Source: an uncultured bacterium (GTDB lineage Bacteria; Gemmatimonadota; Gemmatimonadetes; Gemmatimonadales; GWC2-71-9). Taken from it: a stretch of 50,932 nucleotides of DNA. The notes beneath the pieces were generated by a model, which ran no database searches, had not been told where the DNA came from, and saw only the letters and a program-made list of their open reading frames with translations. Position 1 is the stretch's first letter. The number at the start of each line of letters is the position of its first letter. This document shows, piece after piece, positions 29,776-39,734 of this stretch. The translations under genes and the position numbers were made by a program. The stretch lies in assembly GCA_965653495.1 (NCBI GenBank), contig CBFHAJ010000003.1, positions 1 to 50,932 of the forward strand. The letters run 5' to 3'.

Positions 29776-31236
29776 GTGGTGACCGCACGGTTGCCGGCGC
29801 TCGCGCTCAGCACGCTCGTGACGTGTGGGCGCGTGACGCCGGTCGAGCCATCTCCCGGCCCGCCGCCGGGCCAGGGACGCACGACGGGGCCGACCGTGCA
29901 GGTGTGGCTCACGACGGCCAGCGGATCCAAGCTGTTGTCGCGCGACGCTGACGTCCGATTCGACTCCAGCGCGCCACCGTCGACGCTCATCAGGATCGCG
30001 GTCGACGAGGCACCGAGCTACCAGGCGATGGTGGGTTTCGGAGCCGCCATCACCGACGCGTCAGCGTGGTTGCTCGAGAACCGCATGACCGCGGCGCAGC
30101 GCGAGGCGCTGCTCACGGACCTGTTCGGCCGCTATCCCGGCATCGGCCTGAGCTTCACCCGTCTCACGATGGGCGCGTCGGATTTCTCGCTGCATCAGTA
30201 CAGCTACGACGACATGCCCACCGGGCAGACCGATTCGGCCCTAGCGCATTTCTCCATCGATTCCAATCGTGCCTATGTGTTGCCCGTAGTGCAGCGTGCC
30301 CTCGCTATCAATCCGCAGCTCACCATCATGGCGACGCCCTGGAGCCCGCCCGGGTGGATGAAGACCACGGGGAGTCTGATTCAAGGCACGCCTCGCCCCG
30401 AAGCGTACGGCCCATTGGCGGACTACTTCCGTCGCTACATTGCTGCATACGCGGCGCAACGCGTCCCGATCGCCGCGATCACGGTCCAGAACGAACCCAA
30501 CTATGAGCCGGCCGACTACCCGGGCATGAGCTTCCCTGCGCCGGCTCGCGCCCGGTTCATCGGGCAGTATCTCGGCCCGCTCTTGGCGGGCAGCGGCATA
30601 CACACGCTGATCCTCGAATGGGATCACAACTGGGACACTCCGCAGTCCCCGCTGCAGGTGCTCAGCGACTCCGTAGCGCCTCGCTACATCGCGGGCGTGG
30701 CCTGGCACTGCTATGCCGGCGATGTCTCCGCCCAGACCACGGTGCACGACGCCCATCCGGACAAGGACACCTATTTCACGGAGTGTTCAGGGGGCGAGTG
30801 GAGCCCCAATTTCGCGGACAACCTCAAGTGGTTCGTGCAGACGCTGATCATCAGCGCGACCCGCGGCTGGGCCCGGGGCGTGATCCTCTGGAACCTGGCC
30901 CTCGATGAGCACTACGGCCCGCACACCGGAGGCTGCGGCAACTGCCGGGGCGTGGTCACCATCGATTCCGTGTCGGGCACCGTGACGCGCAACGTCGAGT
31001 ATTACGCGCTCGGTCATGCCAGCATGTTCGTGCGTCCCGGAGCGCGGCGCGTCGCTTCGACGTCGGATGTGGACGGGCTCGCGAGTGTGGCATTCCGGAA
31101 TGCGGATGACGGATCCAAAGCATTGATCCTGGTGAACAGCAATAGCCAGGACCGGAGTTTCGCCGTGACGTGGGCGGGTCGGTCGTTCCGATACACCCTT
31201 CCAGCAGGCGCCGTCGTCACGTTTGTCTGGAGTTGA
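29776..31236 (+). CDS. Glycoside hydrolase family 30 (glucosylceramidase / endo-beta-1,6-glucanase-like), probably exported
   Basis: GFGAAIT, MGASDFS, TPWSPPGWMKT, VQNEP acid/base, WDHNWD, FTECSGG nucleophile and YYALGH. GTG start at 29776/29779 gives a signal/lipobox-like LVTC. Confidence 0.9.
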   Translation: MVTARLPALALSTLVTCGRVTPVEPSPGPPPGQGRTTGPTVQVWLTTASGSKLLSRDADVRFDSSAPPSTLIRIAVDEAPSYQAMVGFGAAITDASAWLLENRMTAAQREALLTDLFGRYPGIGLSFTRLTMGASDFSLHQYSYDDMPTGQTDSALAHFSIDSNRAYVLPVVQRALAINPQLTIMATPWSPPGWMKTTGSLIQGTPRPEAYGPLADYFRRYIAAYAAQRVPIAAITVQNEPNYEPADYPGMSFPAPARARFIGQYLGPLLAGSGIHTLILEWDHNWDTPQSPLQVLSDSVAPRYIAGVAWHCYAGDVSAQTTVHDAHPDKDTYFTECSGGEWSPNFADNLKWFVQTLIISATRGWARGVILWNLALDEHYGPHTGGCGNCRGVVTIDSVSGTVTRNVEYYALGHASMFVRPGARRVASTSDVDGLASVAFRNADDGSKALILVNSNSQDRSFAVTWAGRSFRYTLPAGAVVTFVWS

Positions 31237-31388
31237 CGGCGGGCCCCCTCAGTCCGCGATGCCGCAGGATCAGCGGCTGGCGTTGCCGAGTCTCCTAAGC
31301 CATATTTTCTGACTGTCGGAAGTACTGGCCCGCGTTGAGGTTGCGACGTCGGCCTTCACAAAGTCCTTGAAGGTCAGGTGGCTCGCGG

Positions 31389-32669
31389 ATGATTCGCGTC
31401 CAGTCGGTGGCGCCCGACTCGCTCGGCGCCGAGCTCGGCTTGCTCCCCGGAACGGAGCTCCTGACCGTCAACGGCCGGGCGCTGGAGGACTTCCTCGACT
31501 GGGAGTTCTTGACCGCTGACGAGTGTTTCGTGCTGGTCGCCCGCCTGCCGGGCGGGGAAGAGGTGGAGTATGACGTTGAGCGCCCCGAGGGACTGGCGAT
31601 GGGGGTGACGCTCGAGCCCCCGCGGATCCGGCGGTGTGGGAATCACTGTGATTTCTGCTTCGTGGACGGTAACCCCGCCGGCCTGCGGTCGCCGCTCTAC
31701 ATCCGCGATGACGATTACCGTCTGTCGTTCCGCTACGGCAATTTCGCGACGCTGACCAACCTGAAGCCATGGGACGTGGCGCGGATCGTCGAGTACCGGC
31801 TGTCGCCCCTGTACGTGTCGGTGCACGCCACCGAGCCCACGATCCGCCGCTGGCTGCTGCGCAACCCTGACGCGCCCGAGATCGTCCCCCAGCTGCGCTG
31901 GTTCGCCGAGCGGGGCATCGCGTTCCACACCCAGGTCGTGCTGGTTCCGGGCGTGAACGACGGCCCCGAGCTCGAGCACACGCTCGGTGACCCGTACGAC
32001 GTGGGACGCGCGGTGCTCTCTGTCTCGGTCGTGCCCGTGGCCCTCACCGAGTTCTCGAAGCGCGCGCTCGTGCGCGAGCCCACTCCCGCCGAGTGCCGCG
32101 CGGCGCTCGGCTCGGTCGATCGCATGGCGGCCCGCGCCGTCGCTGAGCGGGGAGCACCGTGGTGCTTCGGGGCGGACGATCTTTATCTGCAGGCGGGGCA
32201 GGAGCTGCCTGCAGCCGCCTGGTACGGTGACTTCGAGCAGCGCGAGAATGGCGTGGGTGCCGTGCGCTTCCTGCAGACGCGCATTGCAGCGGCGCTCGAT
32301 CGGCTGCCTGATCTCACCGGCAAACGGATCGGGGTGGTGACCGGCAGGGCGATGGGCCCGCTCATGCCGCAAGTGCTGTCCGAGGCGGCCACCGCCACTC
32401 GTGCCCGGTTCGAGCTGGTCGTCGTCGAGAACACGCTGTTCGGACCGTCCGTGACCACGGCGGGCCTCCTGCCCGGGGCCGCGATCGAGGCGGCGCTCAA
32501 GGACCGGGAGGATCTCGACTACGCGCTGCTCCCGGCCGAGGCGGTCAACGACGACCTGGTGTTCATGGACGACATCGCAGCTCACGCGCTCGCCGCCCGG
32601 CTGCCGATGCCGATCCGGCTGTCGTACGATTTCGCCGACGCGTTGGTGAATGAGGCGGTGCCGGCATGA
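31389..32669 (+). CDS. DUF512-domain putative FeS/radical-SAM-like protein with N-terminal PDZ-like region
   Basis: CGNHCDFC motif, RDDDYRLSFRYGNFATLTN, LSPLYVSVH, VPGVNDG and ENGVG; upstream of der. Confidence 0.88.
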   Translation: MIRVQSVAPDSLGAELGLLPGTELLTVNGRALEDFLDWEFLTADECFVLVARLPGGEEVEYDVERPEGLAMGVTLEPPRIRRCGNHCDFCFVDGNPAGLRSPLYIRDDDYRLSFRYGNFATLTNLKPWDVARIVEYRLSPLYVSVHATEPTIRRWLLRNPDAPEIVPQLRWFAERGIAFHTQVVLVPGVNDGPELEHTLGDPYDVGRAVLSVSVVPVALTEFSKRALVREPTPAECRAALGSVDRMAARAVAERGAPWCFGADDLYLQAGQELPAAAWYGDFEQRENGVGAVRFLQTRIAAALDRLPDLTGKRIGVVTGRAMGPLMPQVLSEAATATRARFELVVVENTLFGPSVTTAGLLPGAAIEAALKDREDLDYALLPAEAVNDDLVFMDDIAAHALAARLPMPIRLSYDFADALVNEAVPA

Positions 32670-34021
32670 CCGGCACACCGACGGTGGCGATCATCGGTCG
32701 CCCCAACGTGGGGAAGTCGACCCTGTTCAACCGTCTGATCGGGCGACGGCAGGCCATCGTGGACGACCGCCCCGGCGTGACGCGCGACCGGAACTTCGCG
32801 GCCGCCGACTGGAACGGGCGCCGCTTCTGGCTGGTGGACACCGGGGGGATGGTTCCCAGCGCCAGCGATCCCCTGGACCGGGCCGTGCGCACGCAGGTGG
32901 AGACCGCTGTCGCCGAGTGCGACGTCGTGTTGTTCGTGGTGGATGTCGAAGCCGGCGTCCACCCTGCCGACCTGGAGATCGCGACGTACCTGCGCAAGGC
33001 CCATCGGCCCGTGATCCTCGTCGCGAACAAGGCGGACCGGCTCCCCGACGAGGCGCGTCACCTCGCCTTCTACGAGCTGGGGCTGGGCGACCCGTTTCCC
33101 GTTTCGGCAGCCGTGGGGAAGAGCTCCGGGGACCTGCTCGATCGCGTCGTCGAGGTGCTCGATGCCCCAGGGTCGCGCCCACGGTCACTGACTGACGGGG
33201 AGCACGAGGCCGGCGCGATCCATGTGGCCATCGTAGGCCGGCCCAACGTCGGCAAGTCGAGCCTGGTCAACCGGCTGCTGGGCGAGGAGCGCCTGGTCGT
33301 GGCGGCGGAGCCAGGGACGACGCGCGACGCCATCGATACGCGGCTCCACTGGCACGACCGCACGCTCGTGTTCATCGACACGGCCGGGTTGCGCCGCCGC
33401 AGTAAGGTCGATGACGACATCGAGTTCTACGCCACGTTGCGCACGGCGCGCGCGGTCGAGCGCGCGGAGGTGTGCGTCCTCGTCGTCGATGCGTCGATCG
33501 GCGTGCACGTGCAGGACTTGAAGATCGCCAATCAGGCGTGGGAGCAGGGGACAGGGCTGATCATTGCGGTGAACAAGTGGGACCTGATCGAGGAAAAGGA
33601 TTCGAACACCGCCGTGCGCGGTGAACGCGAGCTGAAAGAGCGGGCGCCGTTCCTCGAGTTCATTCCGTTCCTGTACGTCTCCGCCAAGACCGGACAGCGG
33701 GTGCCCAAACTCCTGGAACTGATCGTGCAGGTGGCCGCGGAGCGTGAGAAGCGTGTGCCGACGGCCGAGGTCAACCGCGTGCTCGAGTCCCTGGTCGACC
33801 GCCAGCAGCCTCCGCAGCCAGTGGGAGAGTCGGTGCGCCTGCTGTACGCCTCACAGATCGGCACCGCGCCGCCCCGCTTCGCGATCGTGTCCAACCGCCC
33901 CGAGGCGATTCCGGAGTCGTACGAACGCTACCTGACGAACGGCTTTCGGGCGGCTTGGCAATTCACCGGATCGCCCGTAACCCTCAAGTTCCGCCGCAAG
34001 CGAGAGACCGCGCGCCGATGA
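32666..34021 (+). CDS. der: Ribosome biogenesis GTPase Der (EngA)
   Basis: Two GTPase domains (GRPNVGKS twice, GVTRD/GTTRD, DTGG/DTAG, NKAD/NKWD) and a KH-like C-terminus. Confidence 0.97.
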   Translation: MTGTPTVAIIGRPNVGKSTLFNRLIGRRQAIVDDRPGVTRDRNFAAADWNGRRFWLVDTGGMVPSASDPLDRAVRTQVETAVAECDVVLFVVDVEAGVHPADLEIATYLRKAHRPVILVANKADRLPDEARHLAFYELGLGDPFPVSAAVGKSSGDLLDRVVEVLDAPGSRPRSLTDGEHEAGAIHVAIVGRPNVGKSSLVNRLLGEERLVVAAEPGTTRDAIDTRLHWHDRTLVFIDTAGLRRRSKVDDDIEFYATLRTARAVERAEVCVLVVDASIGVHVQDLKIANQAWEQGTGLIIAVNKWDLIEEKDSNTAVRGERELKERAPFLEFIPFLYVSAKTGQRVPKLLELIVQVAAEREKRVPTAEVNRVLESLVDRQQPPQPVGESVRLLYASQIGTAPPRFAIVSNRPEAIPESYERYLTNGFRAAWQFTGSPVTLKFRRKRETARR

Positions 34022-34635
34022 ACAACTATGGGCTGTTCACGTTGGTGGTGCTCGCCTACCTGATTGGCGCAACCCCGACCAGCTATATCGCCGGGCGCTT
34101 GGGCCGGGGGATCGACCTGCGCGAGCACGGCTCGAAGAATCTCGGCGCGACCAATGTGTATCGGGTGCTCGGCTGGCAGTACGCCATTCCGGTGGGCCTC
34201 GTCGACGTGGCCAAGGGCGCCGTGCCCGTCGCCGTTCTCGCCCCCTGGTCCAACGGTCCCGCGTGGTTCGCGGTGGTCCTGGGGCTGGCCGCCGTGCTCG
34301 GTCACATGTTCTCGCCCTACGTGCGCTTCCGCGGTGGAAAGGGCGTGGCGACGGCGGCGGGGATGTTCCTGGCGCTCGCGCCGGTCGCCGTTCTGATCTC
34401 GTTGCCCATCTGGGGCGTGTTGCTATGGCTCTCCGGCTACGTGTCGGTGGCCTCCGTCGCGGTGGCCCTGCTGTTCCCGTTGTGGGTGCGAGTCACGCGC
34501 CCGGGCGATCCGTACACGTTCTGGGCGAGCATCGCTCTGGCTCTCCTGATTGTGTACGCGCACCGGGCCAACTTGCGGCGGTTGCGGGCGGGAACCGAGA
34601 ATCGGTTTCGCACGCGGAAGGGGGTGGCCGCGTGA
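34018..34635 (+). CDS. plsY: Glycerol-3-phosphate acyltransferase PlsY
   Basis: YLIGATP, DLREHGSKNLGATN, DVAKG, GHMFS, FRGGKGVAT and HRANLRRL. Confidence 0.95.
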   Translation: MNNYGLFTLVVLAYLIGATPTSYIAGRLGRGIDLREHGSKNLGATNVYRVLGWQYAIPVGLVDVAKGAVPVAVLAPWSNGPAWFAVVLGLAAVLGHMFSPYVRFRGGKGVATAAGMFLALAPVAVLISLPIWGVLLWLSGYVSVASVAVALLFPLWVRVTRPGDPYTFWASIALALLIVYAHRANLRRLRAGTENRFRTRKGVAA

Positions 34636-35639
34636 CGCGCATCGCGGTGATCGGGGGAGGGGCGTGGGGGACGGCGCTCGCCGACTTGCTGGCGCGCAAG
34701 GAGGAGTTCGCGGCGGTCACCCTCTGGGCGCGCGAGCCCGACGTCGTCGAGGGCATCAACCGGGAGCACGTCAACCGCACGTTCCTGCCCGGCGCGAGCC
34801 TCGCGTCGACGCTCAGCGCGGACGGTGACCTGGGCGTGGCGCTGCGGGAAGCCGACGTCGTCGTGTCAGCCGGCCCATCGCATGCCGTACGGGAGGTCAT
34901 GACCCGGGCGCGCAGCCACATGGCCCGCAACGCACTCGTGGTGAGCGTTTCCAAGGGGCTCGAGCCGGAGCGCCTGGCCACGCCCTCCTGCGTGCTGGGG
35001 GAAGTATTGCCCAAAGGGACGCCCATCGCCGTGTTGTCGGGACCGTCGTTCGCTCAGGAGGTGTACGCGCGCCAGCCCACAGCGGTGGTCGCCGCGGCGC
35101 GCGAACACACGGTCGCACAGCGCGTGCAACAGGTGTTCTCGACGCCCGCGTTTCGCGTGTACTCGGCCACCGACGTGATCGGGGTCGAGCTGGCCGGCGC
35201 CCTCAAGAACGTCATCGCGCTCGCCGCCGGGATCCTGGAGGGTCTGGGGATGGGGCACAACACGCGCGCGGCACTGATCACGCGCGGCCTCGCCGAGATC
35301 ACGCGACTCGGCGTCGCGCTCGGCGCGGACCCCGTCACCTTCGCCGGACTCGCCGGGATGGGAGACCTGATCCTTACGGCCACGGGATCGCTGTCCCGTA
35401 ACCACCAGCTGGGCGTCGAGCTGGGAATGGGCAAGCGCGTCGAGGAGGCGCTCGCCGGCAAGGCGAGCGTGGCCGAGGGGGTGAATACCGCGCGGTCGGC
35501 CGTGGCGCTGGCGGAGCGGCACGGCGTGGAGCTCCCGATCGCGCGAGAGGTGGCAGCCGTGCTGTTCCATGGCAAGTCTCCCGGCCGTGCGTTGAGCGAC
35601 CTCATGGAACGGGAGCTCAAGGCAGAGCAGTGGCGATGA
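34632..35639 (+). CDS. gpsA: NAD(P)H-dependent glycerol-3-phosphate dehydrogenase
   Basis: GGGAWGTALA, SKGLE, LSGPSFA, GALKNVIA, GLAGMGDLILT, SRN and AEG. Confidence 0.95.
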   Translation: MTRIAVIGGGAWGTALADLLARKEEFAAVTLWAREPDVVEGINREHVNRTFLPGASLASTLSADGDLGVALREADVVVSAGPSHAVREVMTRARSHMARNALVVSVSKGLEPERLATPSCVLGEVLPKGTPIAVLSGPSFAQEVYARQPTAVVAAAREHTVAQRVQQVFSTPAFRVYSATDVIGVELAGALKNVIALAAGILEGLGMGHNTRAALITRGLAEITRLGVALGADPVTFAGLAGMGDLILTATGSLSRNHQLGVELGMGKRVEEALAGKASVAEGVNTARSAVALAERHGVELPIAREVAAVLFHGKSPGRALSDLMERELKAEQWR

Positions 35640-36013
35640 GCGCGCCCCATCCGGTGCAAGAGTTCTTCTCGATCGGCGAGGTCTGCCAGCTCACCGATCT
35701 CAAGCCGCATGTGCTGCGGTACTGGGAGAGCCAGTTTCGGTTCCTCAATCCCGCGAAAAACCGCTCGGGCAACCGGGTCTACCAGCGGCGTGAAATCGAG
35801 CTGATCATGCTCGTCAAGCATCTGCTGTACACGGAGAAGTACACGATCGAGGGGGCGCGCCAGAAAATCGAGCAGTACCGCCGTTCCGGGGAGCTCAAGC
35901 CGGAGGCGCGGCGCGCCCTCGCGACGCAAACCGTGAAGGACCTCCGCGCCGAGCTCAAATCGGTGCTCGCCATTCTGGAAGGGGGCGCCCCGCCGAATGC
36001 CGGGGCGCGCTGA
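35636..36013 (+). CDS. MerR-family HTH regulator
   Basis: FSIGEVCQLTDLKPHVLRYWE, GNRVY and KYTIEGAR; the subfamily often found before surE-pcm. Confidence 0.9.
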   Translation: MSAPHPVQEFFSIGEVCQLTDLKPHVLRYWESQFRFLNPAKNRSGNRVYQRREIELIMLVKHLLYTEKYTIEGARQKIEQYRRSGELKPEARRALATQTVKDLRAELKSVLAILEGGAPPNAGAR

Positions 36014-36722
36014 GCCCCCCTCAGCCCCCGCGCCGGGCGGGGGCGTCGCCGTCGTCATTCCCGCCTATCAGGCTGCCGCCACGATCCGCGACGTCGTCGC
36101 GGGGACGCGGCAAGCCGCGCCGGACGCGACCGTGTACGTTGTAGACGACGGCTCGAGCGATGGGACGGCGGAGGGGGCCCGGGAGGAGGGGGCCATCGTC
36201 CTGATCCACCGCCACAACCATGGCAAGGGAGCCGCGCTGCGCACCGGCATCGATCGGGCGCTCGCCGACGGGACCGCGATCATCGTCACGCTCGACGCCG
36301 ACGGGCAGCACGCCCCGGATGACATTCACCGCCTGCTCGGTCCGATCCACGACGGCGACGCCGACCTGGTGCTGGGCGCACGGGCGCGCGCGGGCACGAT
36401 GCCGCTGGCGCGCCGCTGCTCCAACTGGCTTTCCGCGGCGCTCGCCTCGCGCGTGGGAGGCCTGCGGGTGCCGGACGCGCAGACGGGCTTCCGTGCGATG
36501 ACGCGGGCCGTGGCCGAGGCGATTCAACCCAGCGAGCACGGGTACGATTTCGAGACGGCGTTTCTGCTGGCAGCGCTGGTCCAGGGGATGCGGGTACACT
36601 CGGTGCGCGTGTCGACGATCTACGAGGGAAGCACCAGCTACTTTCGGGGCTGGGGGGACAGCTGGCGCCAGGCGCGCGTCTTCTCGCGCTACGGCAGGCG
36701 GATCATCTTCGGGGCGCGATGA
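35997..36722 (+). CDS. Glycosyltransferase family 2 (DPM synthase-like)
   Basis: VIPAY, VVDDGSSDGT, NHGKGAAL, TLDADGQH and DAQTGFRA. Confidence 0.88.
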   Translation: MPGRAEPPSAPAPGGGVAVVIPAYQAAATIRDVVAGTRQAAPDATVYVVDDGSSDGTAEGAREEGAIVLIHRHNHGKGAALRTGIDRALADGTAIIVTLDADGQHAPDDIHRLLGPIHDGDADLVLGARARAGTMPLARRCSNWLSAALASRVGGLRVPDAQTGFRAMTRAVAEAIQPSEHGYDFETAFLLAALVQGMRVHSVRVSTIYEGSTSYFRGWGDSWRQARVFSRYGRRIIFGAR

Positions 36723-37468
36723 ACATCCTGATCTCGAACGACGACGGCATCCTCGCCCGCGGTCTCGCGGTCCTGGGGGAGGTGTGCGCCGCGCTCGGCC
36801 AGGTAACCGTCGTCGCGCCGGACCGCGAGCAGAGCGGGACCTCCCACTCGCTCACGCTCCACCGGCCCGTTCGCGCCACGCGCAGGCCCGACGGGGCGTT
36901 TCAGGTTGACGGCACGCCCACCGATTGCGTGTTGCTCGCGATCGGCGCGCTGATGCCCGAGAAGCCGGACTTTGTGATCTCCGGAATCAACCATGGCCAG
37001 AACATGGGCGAGGACGTGTTCTACTCGGGCACGGTGGCCGCCGCCATGGAAGGCCTGGTCGCGGGCATCCCGAGCATCGCGGTCTCGTACGCCGGATCCG
37101 ACCTGGACGTGCTGGGGACGCACCGCGACGGCTTGCGCGCATTGCTCCAGCGGATCGTGGCCGTTAAGGATTTCCCCCAGGACACCCTGTTGAACATCAA
37201 CCTGCCGGCCATCCCGGGGCAGGACGTGAAAGGCGTGAAGGTGACGCACCTGGGGAGCCGCGTGTTCAGTGAAGAGATCGCGCTGATGAAGGACCCGTGG
37301 GGGAAGGAGATCTACTGGATCGGTGGCGGCCGCATTACGTGGACCGGCGGTGTCGATTCCGATTTCCGCGCGACGAGCGATGGCTACATCTCCGTCACGC
37401 CGCTGCACATGGATATGACCAACTACAGTTTGATCGAGGTGGTGCGGAAGTGGTTCCCCGGCGACTGA
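36719..37468 (+). CDS. surE: 5'/3'-nucleotidase SurE
   Basis: ILISNDDG, VAPDREQSG, GTPTDCV, SGINHGQN and YSGTVAAAMEG. Confidence 0.96.
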   Translation: MNILISNDDGILARGLAVLGEVCAALGQVTVVAPDREQSGTSHSLTLHRPVRATRRPDGAFQVDGTPTDCVLLAIGALMPEKPDFVISGINHGQNMGEDVFYSGTVAAAMEGLVAGIPSIAVSYAGSDLDVLGTHRDGLRALLQRIVAVKDFPQDTLLNINLPAIPGQDVKGVKVTHLGSRVFSEEIALMKDPWGKEIYWIGGGRITWTGGVDSDFRATSDGYISVTPLHMDMTNYSLIEVVRKWFPGD

Positions 37469-37473
37469 GCGGC

Positions 37474-38136
37474 GTGGGGGACACGTTTGCGGGCTACCGG
37501 GCGCGGCTCGTCGAGGGTCTGCGGGCCAAGGGGATCCGCGATCTGGCGGTCCTCAAGGCGTTTGCCGAAACGCCCCGGCACCTGTTCGTGCCCGAGGCGG
37601 TGCGGCACCGGGCCTACGAGGATACGGCACTTCCCATCGGGAGCGGGCAGACCATCTCGCAGCCGTTCACGCAGGCGCGCTACCTGGAGGCGCTGCGGCT
37701 CAAGGGGAGGGAGCGGGTGCTCGAGATCGGGACCGGGTCCGGCTATCAGACTGCGCTACTCGGAGCCCTGGCGTCGACGGTGTTCTCCGTGGAGCGGGTG
37801 CGAAGCCTGGCGCTGTCCGCACAGCGGGCGTTGCGCGAAGCCGCTGTCGCCAACGCCTCCGTGCTGCTCGGCGACGGGACGCTTGGCTGGAGCGCCTACG
37901 CGCCGTACGACGCGATCCTGGTCGCCGCGGGCGGCCCGGAAGTCCCGCCGCCGCTCATCGAGCAACTGGCGCCGGCCGGCAGGCTGCTCATTCCCGTCGG
38001 CTCATCCGGTGGAGCGCAGGTGCTGACTCTGGTGGAGCGCGTGGGGGAGGGGGTGGCAGAGCCAGAGCTCCGCTACACCCCGCTGGGCACGGCGCGTTTC
38101 GTCCCGCTGTTAGGGGAGCACGGTCACCATGCTTGA
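37474..38136 (+). CDS. pcm: Protein-L-isoaspartate O-methyltransferase
   Basis: PRHLFV, AYEDTALPIGSGQTISQP, VLEIGTGSGYQ, GDGTLGW, APYDAI and FVPL. Confidence 0.95.
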   Translation: MGDTFAGYRARLVEGLRAKGIRDLAVLKAFAETPRHLFVPEAVRHRAYEDTALPIGSGQTISQPFTQARYLEALRLKGRERVLEIGTGSGYQTALLGALASTVFSVERVRSLALSAQRALREAAVANASVLLGDGTLGWSAYAPYDAILVAAGGPEVPPPLIEQLAPAGRLLIPVGSSGGAQVLTLVERVGEGVAEPELRYTPLGTARFVPLLGEHGHHA

Positions 38137-38770
38137 GTCGTTCGTCCAATGGCTGCTCGACCGGTTCCGCGACCTCGGGTACCCCGGAATCATCGTGCTC
38201 ATGGCGGTCGAGTCGTCGGTCGTGCCGCTGCCCAGCGAGCTGGTCATGCCGCCGGCGGGATATCTGGCGGCCAAGGGCGAGATGGACTTTGTGGTCGCCG
38301 TGGCCTGCGGCGTGATGGGGAGCATCCTCGGCTCGCTCGCCAACTACGGCCTGGCTCGCTGGCTCGGCCGGGCGTTTTTCCTACGACTCGGGAAATACCT
38401 GCTCATCACGGAGCGGGGACTCGACCGGTCGGAGCGCTACTTCGCCGCACATGGCGAGATCAGCATCTTCATGGGGCGCATGTTGCCCGTGGTGCGCCAC
38501 CTGATCTCCATTCCCGCCGGGATCGCGCGGATGCGGCTCGGGCGCTTCGTGGGATTCACGGGGCTGGGAGCGCTGGTCTGGTGCACGATTCTCACATGGA
38601 TCGGCTGGTTCATCGGAAGCCGGGAAGACGTGATCCTGGCGGTCCTCAACGAAGAGGCGAAACGGTATACCGGCCGCGCCGTCCTGATCGTGCTTCCCGT
38701 CCTGTTCCTGCTCGCCCTCGCCTACGCGTGGTGGTACCGGCGGCGCGCGGCGAACTCGCGGCAAGGTTAG
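38129..38770 (+). CDS. DedA-family membrane protein
   Basis: LMAVESSVVPLPSELVMPPAG, NYGLARWLGR and GRMLPVVRHLISIPAG. Confidence 0.92.
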   Translation: MLESFVQWLLDRFRDLGYPGIIVLMAVESSVVPLPSELVMPPAGYLAAKGEMDFVVAVACGVMGSILGSLANYGLARWLGRAFFLRLGKYLLITERGLDRSERYFAAHGEISIFMGRMLPVVRHLISIPAGIARMRLGRFVGFTGLGALVWCTILTWIGWFIGSREDVILAVLNEEAKRYTGRAVLIVLPVLFLLALAYAWWYRRRAANSRQG

Positions 38771-38775
38771 TCGCG

Positions 38776-39048
38776 ATGGACGCGGCTCGCTTCCTCGTGT
38801 CTGGGCGCGTCCAAGGGGTGGGGTTCCGCTGGTTCGTCATGCGGGAAGCCCATCGGTTGGGACTGCACGGGTTCGCGCGCAATCTGCGCGACGGGTCAGT
38901 CGAAGTGGTCGCGTCGGGGACTGCCGCAGCCTTGCAGGCGCTCGAGCACGCGCTGGGGCGAGGACCAGCCATGGCGCAGGTAGAGCGTGTGGAAAAGACC
39001 GACGTTCCACATGAGGTCGTCATACCCAACGACTTCGACATCAGCTAG
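38776..39048 (+). CDS. acyP: Acylphosphatase
   Basis: VSGRVQGVGFR, GFARNLRDGSVEV and GP motif; ATG at 38776. Confidence 0.93.
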   Translation: MDAARFLVSGRVQGVGFRWFVMREAHRLGLHGFARNLRDGSVEVVASGTAAALQALEHALGRGPAMAQVERVEKTDVPHEVVIPNDFDIS

Positions 39049-39063
39049 TTGGGGGATCTGCCC

Positions 39064-39603
39064 GTGACCGCGCCGCCGCTCAGCGTCCAGGATATCTACC
39101 GCACGATTCGCGACGTACCCGACTTTCCCAAGCCGGGCATTCTGTTCAAGGACATCACACCGCTGCTGTTGAATCCCGCCGCGTTCCGTCGGGCCGTGGA
39201 GTTGATGTCGACGCCATTCCGGAGCGCGCGTGCGACGCGCGTAGTATCGATCGAATCGCGCGGCTTCCTGCTGGGCGCGCCGATCGCCCTCGCGCTTGAC
39301 GCCGGACTGGTCCTGATCCGCAAGCCGGGAAAGCTCCCTGCGGCGCGCGGTCGGGTGGAGTACGCGCTCGAGTACGGCACCGACGCGCTGGAGATGCATA
39401 AGGATGCCGTTGGTGCCGGTGACCGGGTGCTGATCGTTGACGACGTGCTCGCCACCGGAGGGACGGCAGAGGCTGCAGCCAGGCTCGTCCGCACGCATGG
39501 TGCCGCCGTCGTCGGGTTCACGTTCCTGATCGAGCTGGATTTCCTGAAGGGCAGGCAACGGCTCCGCGACGAGCGCGTCGAGGCCTTGCTACACTACGCG
39601 TAA
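39064..39603 (+). CDS. apt: Adenine phosphoribosyltransferase
   Basis: IRDVPDFPKPGILFKDITPL, IESRGF, RKPGKLP, YALEYGTD and IVDDVLATGGT. Start GTG 39064 (alternative TTG 39049). Confidence 0.95.
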   Translation: MTAPPLSVQDIYRTIRDVPDFPKPGILFKDITPLLLNPAAFRRAVELMSTPFRSARATRVVSIESRGFLLGAPIALALDAGLVLIRKPGKLPAARGRVEYALEYGTDALEMHKDAVGAGDRVLIVDDVLATGGTAEAAARLVRTHGAAVVGFTFLIELDFLKGRQRLRDERVEALLHYA

Positions 39604-39615
39604 CCTCTGTAGTTT
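39586..39615 (+). promoter_or_regulatory. Putative sigma70-type promoter for tRNA-Arg
   Basis: TTGCTA (39586-39591), an 18-nt spacer and TAGTTT (39610-39615), ending 10 nt before the tRNA. Confidence 0.35.
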
Positions 39616-39625
39616 ACGAAGTTTA

Positions 39626-39699
39626 GCCCCTGTAGCTCAGGTGGATAGAGCAGCGGTTTCCTAAACCGTTGGCCGGGTGTTCGAGTCACCCCAGGGGCA
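39626..39699 (+). tRNA. tRNA-Arg (CCT), CCA not encoded
   Basis: Acceptor stem GCCCCTG/CAGGGGC, D arm GCTC...GAGC, anticodon arm GCGGT-TTCCTAA-ACCGT, T arm GGGTG-TTCGAGT-CACCC. Confidence 0.95.
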
Positions 39700-39734
39700 C
39701 TCTGGGGATGTTGGTGAACCTCCCGTGAGGGTAA

